NCBI GenBank assembly: GCA_943354605.1
Contig: CALRCK010000003.1
Coordinates: forward strand, 14,902-78,901
Source: Candidatus Uhrbacteria bacterium
GTDB taxonomy: Bacteria; Patescibacteriota; Patescibacteriia; UBA9934
Length of the DNA stretch: 64,000 nucleotides
Direction: 5' to 3'
Positions 48,241 to 59,582 of this stretch are shown here, piece by piece. The first letter of the stretch is position 1, and the number at the start of each line of letters is the position of its first letter. The notes under the pieces were generated by a model. That model ran no database searches. It saw only the letters and a program-made list of their open reading frames with translations, and had not been told where the DNA came from. The position numbers were made by a program, and so were the translations under genes.

Positions 48241-50028
48241 ATGAAAAATCGAACAAAAATCATTCTTGGCACTCTTGCAGTTATCGTTGTTGGCGGGATT
48301 GCCTACGGAGCAACACACCAAAGCTCAAACATTGTCGTTACCACCGAAACCGTGAAACGTGGCGATATTCATCAAACGGTGGAAGTAACGGGCGACACGC
48401 AGAGCGTCAAAGATCTCGACCTCGCCTTTAGCACAAGCGGCACCATTGCGGCGATGAACGTTTCCGTTGGCGACACAGTGAAGGCCGGCGACACACTTGC
48501 CGTGCTTTCCGAGGCGCGAATTGCCGCCAGCCTCGCGCAGGCAGCTGGCTCCGTGAGCCAAGCGCAGGCTGCGCTTGATTTGAAATCTGCAGGCTCTGCG
48601 GATGAAGAACTTGCCGTATATGAAGCCGCCGTTGCCGCCGCAGAAGCGAGCCTCGCGAGCGCAACCACGGAATCTGAACAAACAGCAATCACTGGCGACG
48701 CAAGCGTCACAAGCGCAACAGACGACTTAGCGCATATAACTTCCTCCACCGTCGCAACATTGGAATACGCACAGCAAGACGAACTTGAAGCACTTCGTTC
48801 TCTTGTTGCAGAAGTTCGTTCCGCGCTTGGGAAAGCCGATGCGGTGCTTGGTGTAGAAAACAATCTGGTCAACATGGATTTTGATCAAGATCTTGGAATT
48901 GCCGATCCCCAGTCGTACTCACTTGCAACCGATGCATTCGTTACCGCAGCCGCCAGCCGCAATGCAGCAGAGACCGCACTTGCAAACGTAACACTCGATA
49001 ACATTTCAACACTGTCTACCGCAGCAGACGTCGCACAAACAGCGTATGCCGACACGTACCTTGCACTCATTGCCACAAGCCGCGTTCTTGATGCCACAAC
49101 GGGCGGATCTGCGTCACTCTCTTTAGAAAGTCTTGACGCCATGAAAGCGTCTGTCGCTACCGCAACGTCCACGCTCGTTGCAGACGGCGGTGCATTCACG
49201 AACGCAGAACAAACCCTTGCATCCGCAACCCGATCCGCAACGGACGACGTCATTGATGCACAAAACACTCTCACAAAGGCACGGGCATCCCGAGACCAAA
49301 ACAACGCAAGTGCTGCATCGTCGCTTTCCCAGCGACAATCCGAACTCGCCAAGGCCAAAGCGCAGCTCGCGCAAATCTCCGCCACACCTCGCGCAGTCGA
49401 TCTTGCCGGACTTCGAGCTGCCGTCGCCATTGCGCAGGCGCAATACAACGCAGCGCTCGCGAATGCCGCAGATGCACAAATCACCGCACCAATCGACGGA
49501 ATCGTTACCGCAGTCAACGGCGATATTGGTGAACAGGCTTCTGCTGGAGCGACGATGATTACCCTTCTCGGAACATCTGATCAGTTCGAAATCGTCATGG
49601 ACATTCCCGAAGCCGACATTGCAAAGGTCCACGTTGGCCAGCACAGCACCGTTACTTTCGATGCGTTTGGCGACGACCACGTGTTCAACGGATCGGTGCT
49701 CAGCGTGAATCCGGCCGAGAAACTTATTGAAGGCGTCGTGTTCTACGAAGCGAAAGTGATTCTCGATGACTCCGCGGATTTGCGCGATGTAAAATCTGGA
49801 ATGTCGGCAAACGTCACCGTCGCTACCAACGACGTCGCGAATGCGCTTTTTATTCCAAAGCGTGCGATTCTTGAGGATGCCAATGGCAAGTACGTTCGTA
49901 TTCCAAAGAACGACACTGGAGCATTTGATCGCCGATCGGTGACTGTTGGCTTGTACGGCGACGATGGTTCCGCGGAAATCATGAATGGACTCTCTGAAGG
50001 TGAAACAGTGATTGTGACCATCCGATAA
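48241..50028 (+). CDS. Efflux membrane-fusion/adaptor protein (MacA-like)
   Basis: N-terminal TM, lipoyl halves V.VGDTVKAGD and ITAPIDGIV, IPEADI..V..GQ, GLSEGE. Confidence 0.9.
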   Translation: MKNRTKIILGTLAVIVVGGIAYGATHQSSNIVVTTETVKRGDIHQTVEVTGDTQSVKDLDLAFSTSGTIAAMNVSVGDTVKAGDTLAVLSEARIAASLAQAAGSVSQAQAALDLKSAGSADEELAVYEAAVAAAEASLASATTESEQTAITGDASVTSATDDLAHITSSTVATLEYAQQDELEALRSLVAEVRSALGKADAVLGVENNLVNMDFDQDLGIADPQSYSLATDAFVTAAASRNAAETALANVTLDNISTLSTAADVAQTAYADTYLALIATSRVLDATTGGSASLSLESLDAMKASVATATSTLVADGGAFTNAEQTLASATRSATDDVIDAQNTLTKARASRDQNNASAASSLSQRQSELAKAKAQLAQISATPRAVDLAGLRAAVAIAQAQYNAALANAADAQITAPIDGIVTAVNGDIGEQASAGATMITLLGTSDQFEIVMDIPEADIAKVHVGQHSTVTFDAFGDDHVFNGSVLSVNPAEKLIEGVVFYEAKVILDDSADLRDVKSGMSANVTVATNDVANALFIPKRAILEDANGKYVRIPKNDTGAFDRRSVTVGLYGDDGSAEIMNGLSEGETVIVTIR

Positions 50029-50030
50029 GT

Positions 50031-50702
<672 letters not shown>

Positions 50703-50705
50703 TCT

Positions 50706-51935
50706 ATGCGCATCAACGATCTCATCATCACGTCGTCTGAATCGCTCCGTCGCAATACGTCACGATCGCTTTTGACGATTCTTGGAATCATCATCGGCAT
50801 CGCCGCCGTCATCGTGATGCTCTCTATTGGTCAAGGCGCGCAAGGATACGTCTTAAACCAAGTCGCAAGCCTCGGATCGGATGTGCTGTACATCCAGCCA
50901 GGAAGCGGGAGTTCCGAAGGTGGTCCACCATCACCGTTCACCCAACAAACCATCAACCTCACCGATGCCGAAGCGCTCAAAAAGCGAGGACCTTTTAGCG
51001 TCGTCTCCGCACTCCTCATTACGAGTGCGGCCGTATCAGCACAGGAAAGTACGTTCACCGACATCGCAGGCACCGACGAATATCAGCTGGTCATCTCCCC
51101 CGCCGAACTGTTGTCTGGCCGGTTCATCGACGCGGAAGATGTATCCTCCCACGCTCGCGTTGCAGTATTAGGATCGGATATTGCCCGAGACCTCTTTGGC
51201 GACCAAAGCCCTATCGGCGAACGCATCACCATTAAAAATCTTCCGGTTCGTGTGATCGGCGTTCTTACTCCACAGGGAAGTAAATTCTTTTCGAACCTCG
51301 ACAAGCGAGTGTATCTTCCCGTCACCACAACGCAACGAGAGTTGCTGAACGTCGACTACGTTTCGTACCTCTCAGCAAAGGCGACGGTAGATATCGAAGT
51401 CGCAAAAGATGAAGCTCGAGCAATTCTTCGCGATACTCACGCGCTCGACAATCCAAACGAAGATCTTGCGAAAGACGACTTTAAAGTCTCGTCCCAGGCA
51501 GACGCAGTAAATACCATCGCTGGCGTCGGATTTGCGCTGACGTTGCTTCTTGCATCAATTGCCGCAATTTCGCTTCTCGTCGGAGGCATCGGCATCATGA
51601 ACATGATGCTTGTTTCTGTAACTGAACGCACACGCGAAATTGGATTGCGCAAAGCGATCGGTGGCACAGAGAAAAATATTCTTGGACAGTTCCTTCTCGA
51701 AGCCGTCATGCTTACGCTGACCGGCGGAGTTCTTGGCGTCGTTTCAGGCGTCATCGTCTCATTCCTCGCGTCGCTGCTTTTAGGGGCGTTTGTAGAAGGT
51801 TGGGCGTTCGTCATTCCTCCATCCGCAGTTATTTCGGCGTTCGTCGTCGCGACTGTTGTCGGTATTGCGTTCGGCTACTACCCCGCAAAACGTGCTGCAA
51901 AGCTCGATCCTATCGAAGCGCTTCGGTACGAATAA
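50706..51935 (+). CDS. ABC transporter permease (MacB-like)
   Basis: RSLLTILGIIIG, VGGIGIMN.MLVSVTERTREIGLRKA.G, PA.RAAKLDPIEALRYE. Confidence 0.95.
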   Translation: MRINDLIITSSESLRRNTSRSLLTILGIIIGIAAVIVMLSIGQGAQGYVLNQVASLGSDVLYIQPGSGSSEGGPPSPFTQQTINLTDAEALKKRGPFSVVSALLITSAAVSAQESTFTDIAGTDEYQLVISPAELLSGRFIDAEDVSSHARVAVLGSDIARDLFGDQSPIGERITIKNLPVRVIGVLTPQGSKFFSNLDKRVYLPVTTTQRELLNVDYVSYLSAKATVDIEVAKDEARAILRDTHALDNPNEDLAKDDFKVSSQADAVNTIAGVGFALTLLLASIAAISLLVGGIGIMNMMLVSVTERTREIGLRKAIGGTEKNILGQFLLEAVMLTLTGGVLGVVSGVIVSFLASLLLGAFVEGWAFVIPPSAVISAFVVATVVGIAFGYYPAKRAAKLDPIEALRYE

Positions 51936-51973
51936 CCCCCAAGCGAGGCGTACACTATTGGCAACCCACGCGT

Positions 51974-53092
51974 ATGTTCGCCACCTCTATCATTCGATGG
52001 TCGTATCAACACATCCTCAAACCCCTTGCATTTCGCTTCGACCCCGAAGATGTTCACGACGCCATGATCCGTTTTGCTTCGGTCCTTGGGCGAAGCCCGC
52101 GAGTCCAACATGCCGTTTCTCGGATCTTTTGTTTTTCCAACACAACACTCGAACAAGATCTTCTCGGAATACATTTCACGAATCCCGTGGGGCTCAGCGC
52201 GGGATTCGATAAAAATGGTCAAATCATCGATGCAATCACCGCAACGGGATTCGGATTTACCGAAATTGGCTCGATCACCGGAAAACCTTGTGCCGGGAAC
52301 CCAAAACCGCGACTATGGCGGCTACCAAAATCTCAAGCAATCATGGTCTGGTACGGCCTCAAGAACGACGGATGTATTGCGATCGCGCATCGACTTCACA
52401 AACAACAATATCCAATCCCCGTTGGCACGAGCATCGCTCGGACCAACGACGCGACAACCGTGGATATTCAGGCAGGGATCAACGACTACGCAACAGCCTT
52501 TCGCGAGTTTGCAACGATCGGAGCCTACACGACAATTAATATCAGCTGTCCAAATACCTGTGGTGGAGAACCGTTCACGACCCCGGATCGGCTCGAGCTA
52601 CTTCTCTCCGTTATCGATACCATTCCCAGCGCAAAGCCGATCTTTCTGAAACTGCCCGTCGACCTCTCTTTTGCGGATACCGATGCACTCATCGTTGTTG
52701 CGCAACGCCATCGCGTACACGGATTCGTCATCGCAAATCTCACAAAGTCACATCAATCACCCAATATCGACAAGACCGACCTCACTGAAAACATGCGCGG
52801 TGGCATCAGTGGAAAACCTACTTTCGATCAATCCAATGCTCTCATCGCCCACGTATTCCGCACTGTCGGAAATCAGTTTGTCATTATCGGTGTTGGCGGA
52901 ATTTTTTCTGCGGAAGACGCATATGCCAAAATTCGAAGCGGCGCGAGCCTCGTCCAACTCATTACGGGCCTGATTTTTGAAGGCCCGCAACTCGTTGGTG
53001 AAATCAATCGCGATCTCACAGCGCTTCTTGCGCGAGATGGCTACACAACAATTCGCGATGCCGTCGGAGCCTCTGTACGGGCACATCCGTAG
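51974..53092 (+). CDS. pyrD: Dihydroorotate dehydrogenase, class 2-like
   Basis: DPEDVH, NPVGLSAGFDK, GNPKPRL, NISCPN, GGISG, GASLVQ. Confidence 0.93.
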   Translation: MFATSIIRWSYQHILKPLAFRFDPEDVHDAMIRFASVLGRSPRVQHAVSRIFCFSNTTLEQDLLGIHFTNPVGLSAGFDKNGQIIDAITATGFGFTEIGSITGKPCAGNPKPRLWRLPKSQAIMVWYGLKNDGCIAIAHRLHKQQYPIPVGTSIARTNDATTVDIQAGINDYATAFREFATIGAYTTINISCPNTCGGEPFTTPDRLELLLSVIDTIPSAKPIFLKLPVDLSFADTDALIVVAQRHRVHGFVIANLTKSHQSPNIDKTDLTENMRGGISGKPTFDQSNALIAHVFRTVGNQFVIIGVGGIFSAEDAYAKIRSGASLVQLITGLIFEGPQLVGEINRDLTALLARDGYTTIRDAVGASVRAHP

Positions 53093-53128
53093 CAATCGCG
53101 CTATACTGAAGAATATTCTTTCATCAGT

Positions 53129-54571
53129 ATGTCGAAAATATCACTCATCACTGCTGCGTGCGGTGTCGTCGTCCTTTTTATTGGCACCGCTATCGGCGGA
53201 TACCTCGTTGGACAACGCATCGCACCGTCATTAGCATCGGAGATTTCAGCGTCAGAAGACACAGCTTCGGTACAACCATCATCAATCACCGCAGCGCCTA
53301 CAACAGAACACGATCTCTTGAGCAATGCGCATATCGGCGTTAACTTTTTAATTTTCCCAAGCAGCACCATTCGCGCAACACCACGAGCAATCAGCGCAAC
53401 AGATACCGCAGCCGACCTCGCCACGCTTCATGCGGAAGTCTCTCGCCAACTCACCAACGGCGATGCATTGTGGAATAGCGTTGAGTCACGAGAGGACGTA
53501 TGGAACTGGACCACAACCGATGCCGCAATCGATGCGCTCACCAAAACAGGGGAACCAATCGTCGATCTTTTTGCGATGCAATACGCATCACCAAACGCCC
53601 CGTGGAAACTGAGCGGTACATTTGAGAAGACCATGACGCCAGAGGCGGAAACATACATTCGCACCGTGGTTCGCCGATATAAAGATCGCGTAACGTATTG
53701 GGAAATTGGCAACGAAATGGATCACTGGCGCGCGGCAGATCCAGGATCCGTAACCCCAAAAAATCTTTCCGCAGATTCCAAACTTCCAAAACTCTTGCCA
53801 ACCGATGGATACAGCCCAGAAGAGCAAGGCGCATTCTTTGCTGCCGCAGCCGCAATTATTCGTGAAGAAGACCCTAACGCCGTGATGGTCATGCCGGGTA
53901 TGAGTGCGGCGGACAGTTATCAAACCGGAACGTGGCTCCCAGGATTCGTTCAAGGCGCAGGAACGGATGCTTTTGATGTAGTCAATTACCACGACTACAA
54001 ATCGTGGGACGGCATGCAGAGTAGATTAGCAGCATTGCAAACCGAGATGCAGACTCTCGGAATTTCTGAGAAATCCCTCTGGCTCACCGAAACCGGCAGC
54101 ACCGCAGACGCAACACTTACCCAACGTACGAACTATCCAAACAGCACCACATCCCAAGCCGCAGACGTGATTCGTCGTGTACTCGTCGTATTGAGCAATA
54201 GCGTGAATGTGGCAATCTGGCATACATATTTCAGCTCACCGAGCGAGAATGGAACCAATGCGTGGCGCGCATACGGACTTCGGAATGAGAATGGCGACCA
54301 CTACCCTTCATACGACGCATATACAGCACTCGGCGAATCCTTTCCCGCGACGTCGGTAACCAACATTTCAACGACGCCCGGAACGTACATCATGAAAATC
54401 ACCCCCGTGAGCGGGAATACAGCCTACGCCGTGTGGGGCTCAGGCGCCTGGACCATTCCGGACGGCATCACGTCGGAATACACCATTTCCTCAACGTCCG
54501 TCAGCAAAAGCACCGCCCCGGCCGCAGGAGCCACCGTTTCCCTGTCCGCAATCCCCCTCCTTTTCCGCTAA
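53129..54571 (+). CDS. Secreted clan-A glycoside hydrolase (GH39/GH5-like)
   Basis: YWEIGNE acid/base motif, FDVVNYHDY, LWLTETG nucleophile motif; N-terminal anchor. Confidence 0.8.
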   Translation: MSKISLITAACGVVVLFIGTAIGGYLVGQRIAPSLASEISASEDTASVQPSSITAAPTTEHDLLSNAHIGVNFLIFPSSTIRATPRAISATDTAADLATLHAEVSRQLTNGDALWNSVESREDVWNWTTTDAAIDALTKTGEPIVDLFAMQYASPNAPWKLSGTFEKTMTPEAETYIRTVVRRYKDRVTYWEIGNEMDHWRAADPGSVTPKNLSADSKLPKLLPTDGYSPEEQGAFFAAAAAIIREEDPNAVMVMPGMSAADSYQTGTWLPGFVQGAGTDAFDVVNYHDYKSWDGMQSRLAALQTEMQTLGISEKSLWLTETGSTADATLTQRTNYPNSTTSQAADVIRRVLVVLSNSVNVAIWHTYFSSPSENGTNAWRAYGLRNENGDHYPSYDAYTALGESFPATSVTNISTTPGTYIMKITPVSGNTAYAVWGSGAWTIPDGITSEYTISSTSVSKSTAPAAGATVSLSAIPLLFR

Positions 54572-54636
54572 GATTGGTGAAGAATTGACAGTAATCCCGA
54601 ATTCCCGTACACTTTCGCTAACATTTTTATTGTCGT

Positions 54637-54792
54637 ATGTCCCAAGATAATCTCATCAAATTGGAGTGCACAGTCTGTAAATCCTTGAACTACCGTTCTT
54701 CCAAGAACAAGAAAATTCTCAAGGATCGCCTGGAACTGAAAAAGTTCTGCGAAAAGTGCCGAAAGCACCAGATGCACAAAGAAACGAAGTAA
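54637..54792 (+). CDS. rpmG: 50S ribosomal protein L33 (zinc-binding form; not in the ORF track)
   Basis: [21 protein letters not shown]...[18 protein letters not shown]. Confidence 0.95.
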   Translation: MSQDNLIKLECTVCKSLNYRSSKNKKILKDRLELKKFCEKCRKHQMHKETK

Positions 54793-54794
54793 AT

Positions 54795-54826
54795 AAAATA
54801 CAGGAGCCGATCGGCTCCTGTATTTT
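54795..54826. terminator. Bidirectional terminator
   Basis: aaaatacaggagcc-gatc-ggctcctgtatttt. Confidence 0.8.
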
Positions 54827-55604
54827 ATTTCTTCTCCGCGATCATTTCTTCAAATTCTCCGATCTTTTGGTTCTCCGGGTTTACCTCACGCAAGTGATCG
54901 AGCGATTTTTGTGCTTCAATAATCTCCCCAATCTCGAGCGCGGCGGTGATAAAGAAATCGAGGTACTTGGGATTATTCGGGCTGATCGTTTTTGCCTTCT
55001 CGTAAAATCCGTACGCAGTCTTCATGTCGCCCTCGGCGTCGAACACTTCGCCAAGTGCGGCAAGAACGCTCGCATCCCTTGGCGCAAGCTTTACCAGGAA
55101 TTCGAGCGCCTCTTTTGCCTCTGCGTGCTGACCTCGCGATAAGTACATGCGACCAAGCGCCTCGTACGCTTCAACGTTCTTCGGATCGTGCGAAAGAATT
55201 TCAACAAGTTCTTGCTCCGCAGCTTCGTACTTGCCCAGCGCAATGGATTTCTTGGCCTCATCCGTCATCCGGTGCAATTCTGCGGCGTCGGTCTTGCCTG
55301 TTTTTTGTCGTTCAACGTATCGACGCTCCAACGCAGTAAGCTTTCCGGCAAGCCGACGGAATCCATCTTGCACAGACTTCACGATAGGCAAAACGGACGA
55401 CTTCCAAAAATTCTTCCCCTTCTCCTCCACCTGTCGCATCATGCGCTCTTCAAGCAATGCATTTTTCGTTTCTCGTGTTCGCGCTTCTTTGGACGACATT
55501 GGGTCCACAATCGAAAGCTGGGGAGCCTTCTGCTTTGCAATGCCAACAATGGTTCCGAGCGAGCCCAAAAACACCACCCAAAGCAACCCGTCAAAGGCCG
55601 TCAT
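54825..55604 (-). CDS. Membrane-anchored TPR protein
   Basis: N-terminal TM; TPR-like DPKNVEAYEALG and PNNPKYLD repeats. Confidence 0.85.
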   Translation of the reverse strand: MTAFDGLLWVVFLGSLGTIVGIAKQKAPQLSIVDPMSSKEARTRETKNALLEERMMRQVEEKGKNFWKSSVLPIVKSVQDGFRRLAGKLTALERRYVERQKTGKTDAAELHRMTDEAKKSIALGKYEAAEQELVEILSHDPKNVEAYEALGRMYLSRGQHAEAKEALEFLVKLAPRDASVLAALGEVFDAEGDMKTAYGFYEKAKTISPNNPKYLDFFITAALEIGEIIEAQKSLDHLREVNPENQKIGEFEEMIAEKK

Positions 55605-56368
55605 ACGTTTTGCGCAATCATCACTTCGCGACCAGCACCAATGATCGCTTCAAACTCGTGAATCTTCACGCTTGCGCCACCAACCAACACACCGTCGATT
55701 CCTGGCTCGCGCAAGAAACTGTATGCATGAGCACCGTCCACCGATCCCCCATACACCACCTGAACCGATGCCCCGATACCGATCTTCTGTAATGATTCAC
55801 GAATGACGTTATGCATCGCAACGGCATCGGCTGGCGTTGCGCTCGTGCCGCTGCCAATCGCCCAAATTGGTTCGTATGCCACAATCAACCGCGATGCTTT
55901 CGTTATGGTGACACCGCGCAATGCCGCGCCAAGTTGTTGCGCAACAAACACTTCAGCCTTCCCTGCCGCACGTGTCTCCTTTGATTCGCCAACGCACAAG
56001 ATTGGAACAAGTGATGTTTGCGCAATCAATTTCATCTTCGCATTCACGATTGCGTCCGACTCTCCGTTCATCGCTCGGCGTTCCGAATGACCAATGATGA
56101 CAAATCCGCAGCCGGCGTCATCGAGTTGCGCAACAGAAACATCGCCAGTGAATGCACCGAAGCGCTCAGTGCCCATGGTTTGTGCGCCGAGAGAGACGCG
56201 AGTTCGGACTAAAACTTTTCGCACTTCAGAAAGCGCAGTGAACGATGGACAGATAACAATTTCCGGCAACACCTCGTGTCCCATTACGGAACGCAATACC
56301 CCACGCGCGTGCGCGATAGATTCTCGAATGCCGAGATGCATTTTCCAGTTGCCGATAATGGTTTTCAT
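55601..56368 (-). CDS. tpiA: Triosephosphate isomerase
   Basis: GNWKM, GHSERR, AYEPIWAIG, YGGSV, LVGGAS. Confidence 0.98.
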   Translation of the reverse strand: MKTIIGNWKMHLGIRESIAHARGVLRSVMGHEVLPEIVICPSFTALSEVRKVLVRTRVSLGAQTMGTERFGAFTGDVSVAQLDDAGCGFVIIGHSERRAMNGESDAIVNAKMKLIAQTSLVPILCVGESKETRAAGKAEVFVAQQLGAALRGVTITKASRLIVAYEPIWAIGSGTSATPADAVAMHNVIRESLQKIGIGASVQVVYGGSVDGAHAYSFLREPGIDGVLVGGASVKIHEFEAIIGAGREVMIAQNV

Positions 56369-56381
56369 ATTTTTTCATTCA

Positions 56382-56448
56382 GTCATCCCCGCGTAGGCGG
56401 GGATCCATCATTCCGAACGGTCTGGATCCCCGCCTACGCGGGGATGAC
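56382..56448. repeat. Inverted dimer (REPIN-like) of the 27-bp palindromic repeat
   Basis: gtcatccccgcgtaggcggggatcca-15 nt-tggatccccgcctacgcggggatgac. Confidence 0.92.
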
Positions 56449-56461
56449 CAGAACAAACGGA

Positions 56462-57733
56462 TCAAGATGGCAATAGTGATTTCAATTCGTCTTCGCTCTT
56501 GAACGGACCGATGGCTGCAAGCGACATGCGATCAAATCGCAGGTACTGCTTTGCAACGCGAGCGATGTCTTCGAGCGTCACGGCGTCGAACTTCTTCAGT
56601 CGCTCAGCCGGCTCTTCAATCGTTCCAAGGAACAACGCCTGTCGGCCATAGAACTCTGCGCGATCCGCAGAATCTTCCAGACTCAACGATAATCCTCCAC
56701 GAACATTCTCTTTCACCATTGCGAGTTCATCGGGAGTAACGCCATCGGTTGCAACTTTGCGAAGTTCGTCGGTGATGACCTTCATCGCCTCCTGTAAACG
56801 CGTTGCGTCGAGGCCGGCGCGAACCGTAAACATGCCAATGTCTTGATATCCCTCGACACCTGTTCGCACGGTGTAGCACAGCCCTCGTCGCTCCCGAACT
56901 TCCACGAACAATCGCGAGCTCATCGTACCGCCAAGAATCGATGAAAGGAGCTTCAACGGCGCCTCGTCCGCATGACCACGACCGACGGTTGGGAAACCAA
57001 GAGAAAGCTGGATCTGCTCAAGATCTTTGTGCTGATAGCGAATGCGACCGACATTGGCTTGGTCGCCGATGACGCCGAACGCCGATCGAGCCGATCCCGA
57101 AGGCGCAACCGTGCCAAATGTTTTCTCCAGTTGATCAAGAATGTCGTTCGGCAATTTTCCGGATGCAACAATCACCATGTTCTCTGGTCGGTAATGCGAA
57201 GCGTGGTAGGCCATGACATCATCGCGCTTCATGCCCTTCACCGATTCTGCGGTTCCGGCAATGTTCTTCCCGAGAATATGCCCATCGAACATCGCTTCTT
57301 CAAGCAAATCTTCGATGTGCATAATTGGGTTCTCCTCGTACATCTTGATCTCCTCAACAATAACGTTCTTCTCGCGTTCCATTTCTTCTGCGTTGAAGAC
57401 AGAGTGGAAAATCATGTCGTTCAGCAAGTCGATCGCGACAGGAAGTTGTTCGCCGGCGATCTTCACCCAGTATCCGGTGAGATCTTTTCCAGTGTACGCA
57501 TTGTATTGCGCGCCGTAGCGGTCGAGCTCCTTTGAAATATCGACGGTCTGCGGGCGGCGCGTGGTACCTTTGAACATCAAGTGCTCCACAAAGTGCGAGC
57601 CGCCCCACACATTGTCTGTTTCATTTCGTGAACCCACCTGAAACGCAACAAGAATCGCCGCAGCGTCTGTTCCGGAAAATGGCGCAAACACAACTTTCGC
57701 ACCATTCTTGAGATTCGATTGCGTAAAGGACAT
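56462..57733 (-). CDS. M16 family zinc peptidase
   Basis: HFVEHLMFKGT, NAYT, SSRLF.EVRE.RGL.Y. Confidence 0.95.
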   Translation of the reverse strand: MSFTQSNLKNGAKVVFAPFSGTDAAAILVAFQVGSRNETDNVWGGSHFVEHLMFKGTTRRPQTVDISKELDRYGAQYNAYTGKDLTGYWVKIAGEQLPVAIDLLNDMIFHSVFNAEEMEREKNVIVEEIKMYEENPIMHIEDLLEEAMFDGHILGKNIAGTAESVKGMKRDDVMAYHASHYRPENMVIVASGKLPNDILDQLEKTFGTVAPSGSARSAFGVIGDQANVGRIRYQHKDLEQIQLSLGFPTVGRGHADEAPLKLLSSILGGTMSSRLFVEVRERRGLCYTVRTGVEGYQDIGMFTVRAGLDATRLQEAMKVITDELRKVATDGVTPDELAMVKENVRGGLSLSLEDSADRAEFYGRQALFLGTIEEPAERLKKFDAVTLEDIARVAKQYLRFDRMSLAAIGPFKSEDELKSLLPS

Positions 57734-57748
57734 AGGCGACAACGTCAA

Positions 57749-58288
57749 TTAAATGGTGGTGATTTCTTTCTCCTTCTTGTCGCCCATCTCTTCAATCTTT
57801 GCCGTAAATTCTTTCACGGTCTTTTCGAGCAACTCTTCAAGACGACGTTTTTCGTCTTCACCACCCTCAAGCTTGCCCATCGCCTTTCGCGTTTCTTCAC
57901 GAACGCGGCGGACTTGCACGCGAGCGTCTTCCAATTTTTCTTTTGCAAGCTTCACCATTTTCAAACGCGTTTCTTCCGTCATCATTGGCATCGTGAGACG
58001 AAGCGACTTCCCATCAACAACGGGGTTAATTCCCACATCGCTCTTCACAATTGCGGATTCGATGAGCTTCACCACGCTCGCATCCCACGGCTCGATGAGG
58101 ATGGTCTTCGCATCTGGCGTGGTGATGGTTGCGAGCGCCTTGATAGGCTGCAACGCGCCATATGCCTCAACCTGAACCGGTTCAAGAATAGCCGCAGAAG
58201 CACGGCCAGTACGGATAGCCCCAAGCTCGTTCACGAGGTGCTCAAGTACTTTGGCAAACTGCGGTTTGGTATCGTCGATAATGGACAT
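57749..58288 (-). CDS. frr: Ribosome recycling factor
   Basis: IRTGRA, V.AYG, EPWD, NP..DG, P.MTEE.R, KEKEI. Confidence 0.97.
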   Translation of the reverse strand: MSIIDDTKPQFAKVLEHLVNELGAIRTGRASAAILEPVQVEAYGALQPIKALATITTPDAKTILIEPWDASVVKLIESAIVKSDVGINPVVDGKSLRLTMPMMTEETRLKMVKLAKEKLEDARVQVRRVREETRKAMGKLEGGEDEKRRLEELLEKTVKEFTAKIEEMGDKKEKEITTI

Positions 58289-58322
58289 AGAGGAAAATAC
58301 TTTCTGCGTAAAACGATCGTCA

Positions 58323-58403
58323 GTCATGCTGAGCGAAGGCGAAGTATCTCTCGCAGGTTACACTGATCACCTACGGAGATTCCTCGCCTACGCTCGGAAT
58401 GAC
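58323..58403. repeat. REP-like element GTCATGCTGAGC...GCTCGGAATGAC
   Basis: Same family as 38234-38305. Confidence 0.85.
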
Positions 58404-58520
58404 GAAACAGTCGTCCACGGACCTATTCGCCTCATATTTTAACCCAATCACCACGCACCGTCAACGCGGTGCGTGGTGATATTTTGCGAACTTCTGCGAA
58501 ATTTCCGTGTGGATTCGCGT

Positions 58521-59582
58521 TTATTTTTTCGTGATTGTTGCCGAACCAAGGTAGACGTGCGTGCTGTCGGCAGGATCCACCAACAACGCCATTGCTGCGC
58601 GGGTCGATGGGAGCTCGCTCGTCGTCCATGCGCTACCGCTAGATGTTGAACGATTCACTGTGGAATCGGTTCCGTAGTAAATGATGTCCCCGTTGTCTGG
58701 CGCGACCGCAACCGAGTAGATGCGTACTTCACCGCTCGCCGAAATTAAGGACACGCCAGACCACGTTGCTCCCTTGTCCTTAGACACAAGCAAACCATAC
58801 TGCGTATTCATGACGACGACAGATCCGTCACTATTTTGAGCAAATCCGTACACGCGGTCCGACGACTTGTAGTCTTTCAACGTCTTTTCAAAGCTCACCC
58901 AATTTGCACCACTGTCTTCGGTACGCTGTAAACCGCTCGTTTTTGTTCCAACAAACACAATTCTGCTGTCTGCGCCGCTAATCGCAAGTGCGGTTACCGA
59001 TGAATCGGTTCGCGTCATCGTGCTCCAGCTTCCACCACCGTCTACCGATCGAATCACGTCGCCTGCGCTGTTGCCAATCCAAATAATTGAAGGATCGTAC
59101 CAATCAAGTGCCATCGCAGAAATAGTCGTCTTTGCCTGACTTTCCACGTACACACCAGTGTCGAACGTTCGGCCGCAGTCAACCGTCTTCATCACGCGAT
59201 CTTCCTTTGCCACAAAGTATGTACAGACATCCTTCGAGCTCACCGCAATCGCAACGATTGCACCAGACGTTGCGAGCGTCTCCTCTGGCCGTTGCCACGA
59301 TGCACCGCTGTCCAAGGAATAGAACATGCCATTGGCCACCGTGCCCGCATAAATTGCGGAACTGTCCTGCGGATCAACCGCGAACGTCGTCACATCAACG
59401 TTCTCGAGCGAACTCGTTCCTGTTGCGGTTGGCACGATCGCAGTTTGTTCCCACGTCTTCGACGCGTCGGTGGACTGCCAAATACCACCCGTGGTGATGG
59501 CGGTGTTGGCGCCACCAAAGCACCCCGCACCGGTTACTGTGAGTGCCGCAAACGCAGCACCAAGGCGAAAAAGTTTATTCAT
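58521..59582 (-). CDS. Lipoprotein with BNR/Asp-box beta-propeller
   Basis: Lipobox-like GAGC; repeated S.D.G.(S/T)W motifs. Confidence 0.85.
   Translation of the reverse strand: MNKLFRLGAAFAALTVTGAGCFGGANTAITTGGIWQSTDASKTWEQTAIVPTATGTSSLENVDVTTFAVDPQDSSAIYAGTVANGMFYSLDSGASWQRPEETLATSGAIVAIAVSSKDVCTYFVAKEDRVMKTVDCGRTFDTGVYVESQAKTTISAMALDWYDPSIIWIGNSAGDVIRSVDGGGSWSTMTRTDSSVTALAISGADSRIVFVGTKTSGLQRTEDSGANWVSFEKTLKDYKSSDRVYGFAQNSDGSVVVMNTQYGLLVSKDKGATWSGVSLISASGEVRIYSVAVAPDNGDIIYYGTDSTVNRSTSSGSAWTTSELPSTRAAMALLVDPADSTHVYLGSATITKK

Noticed and set aside
51974-53092. Isolated pyrD as a novelty
   Set aside because: Other pyr genes may lie outside the window; cannot be judged here.
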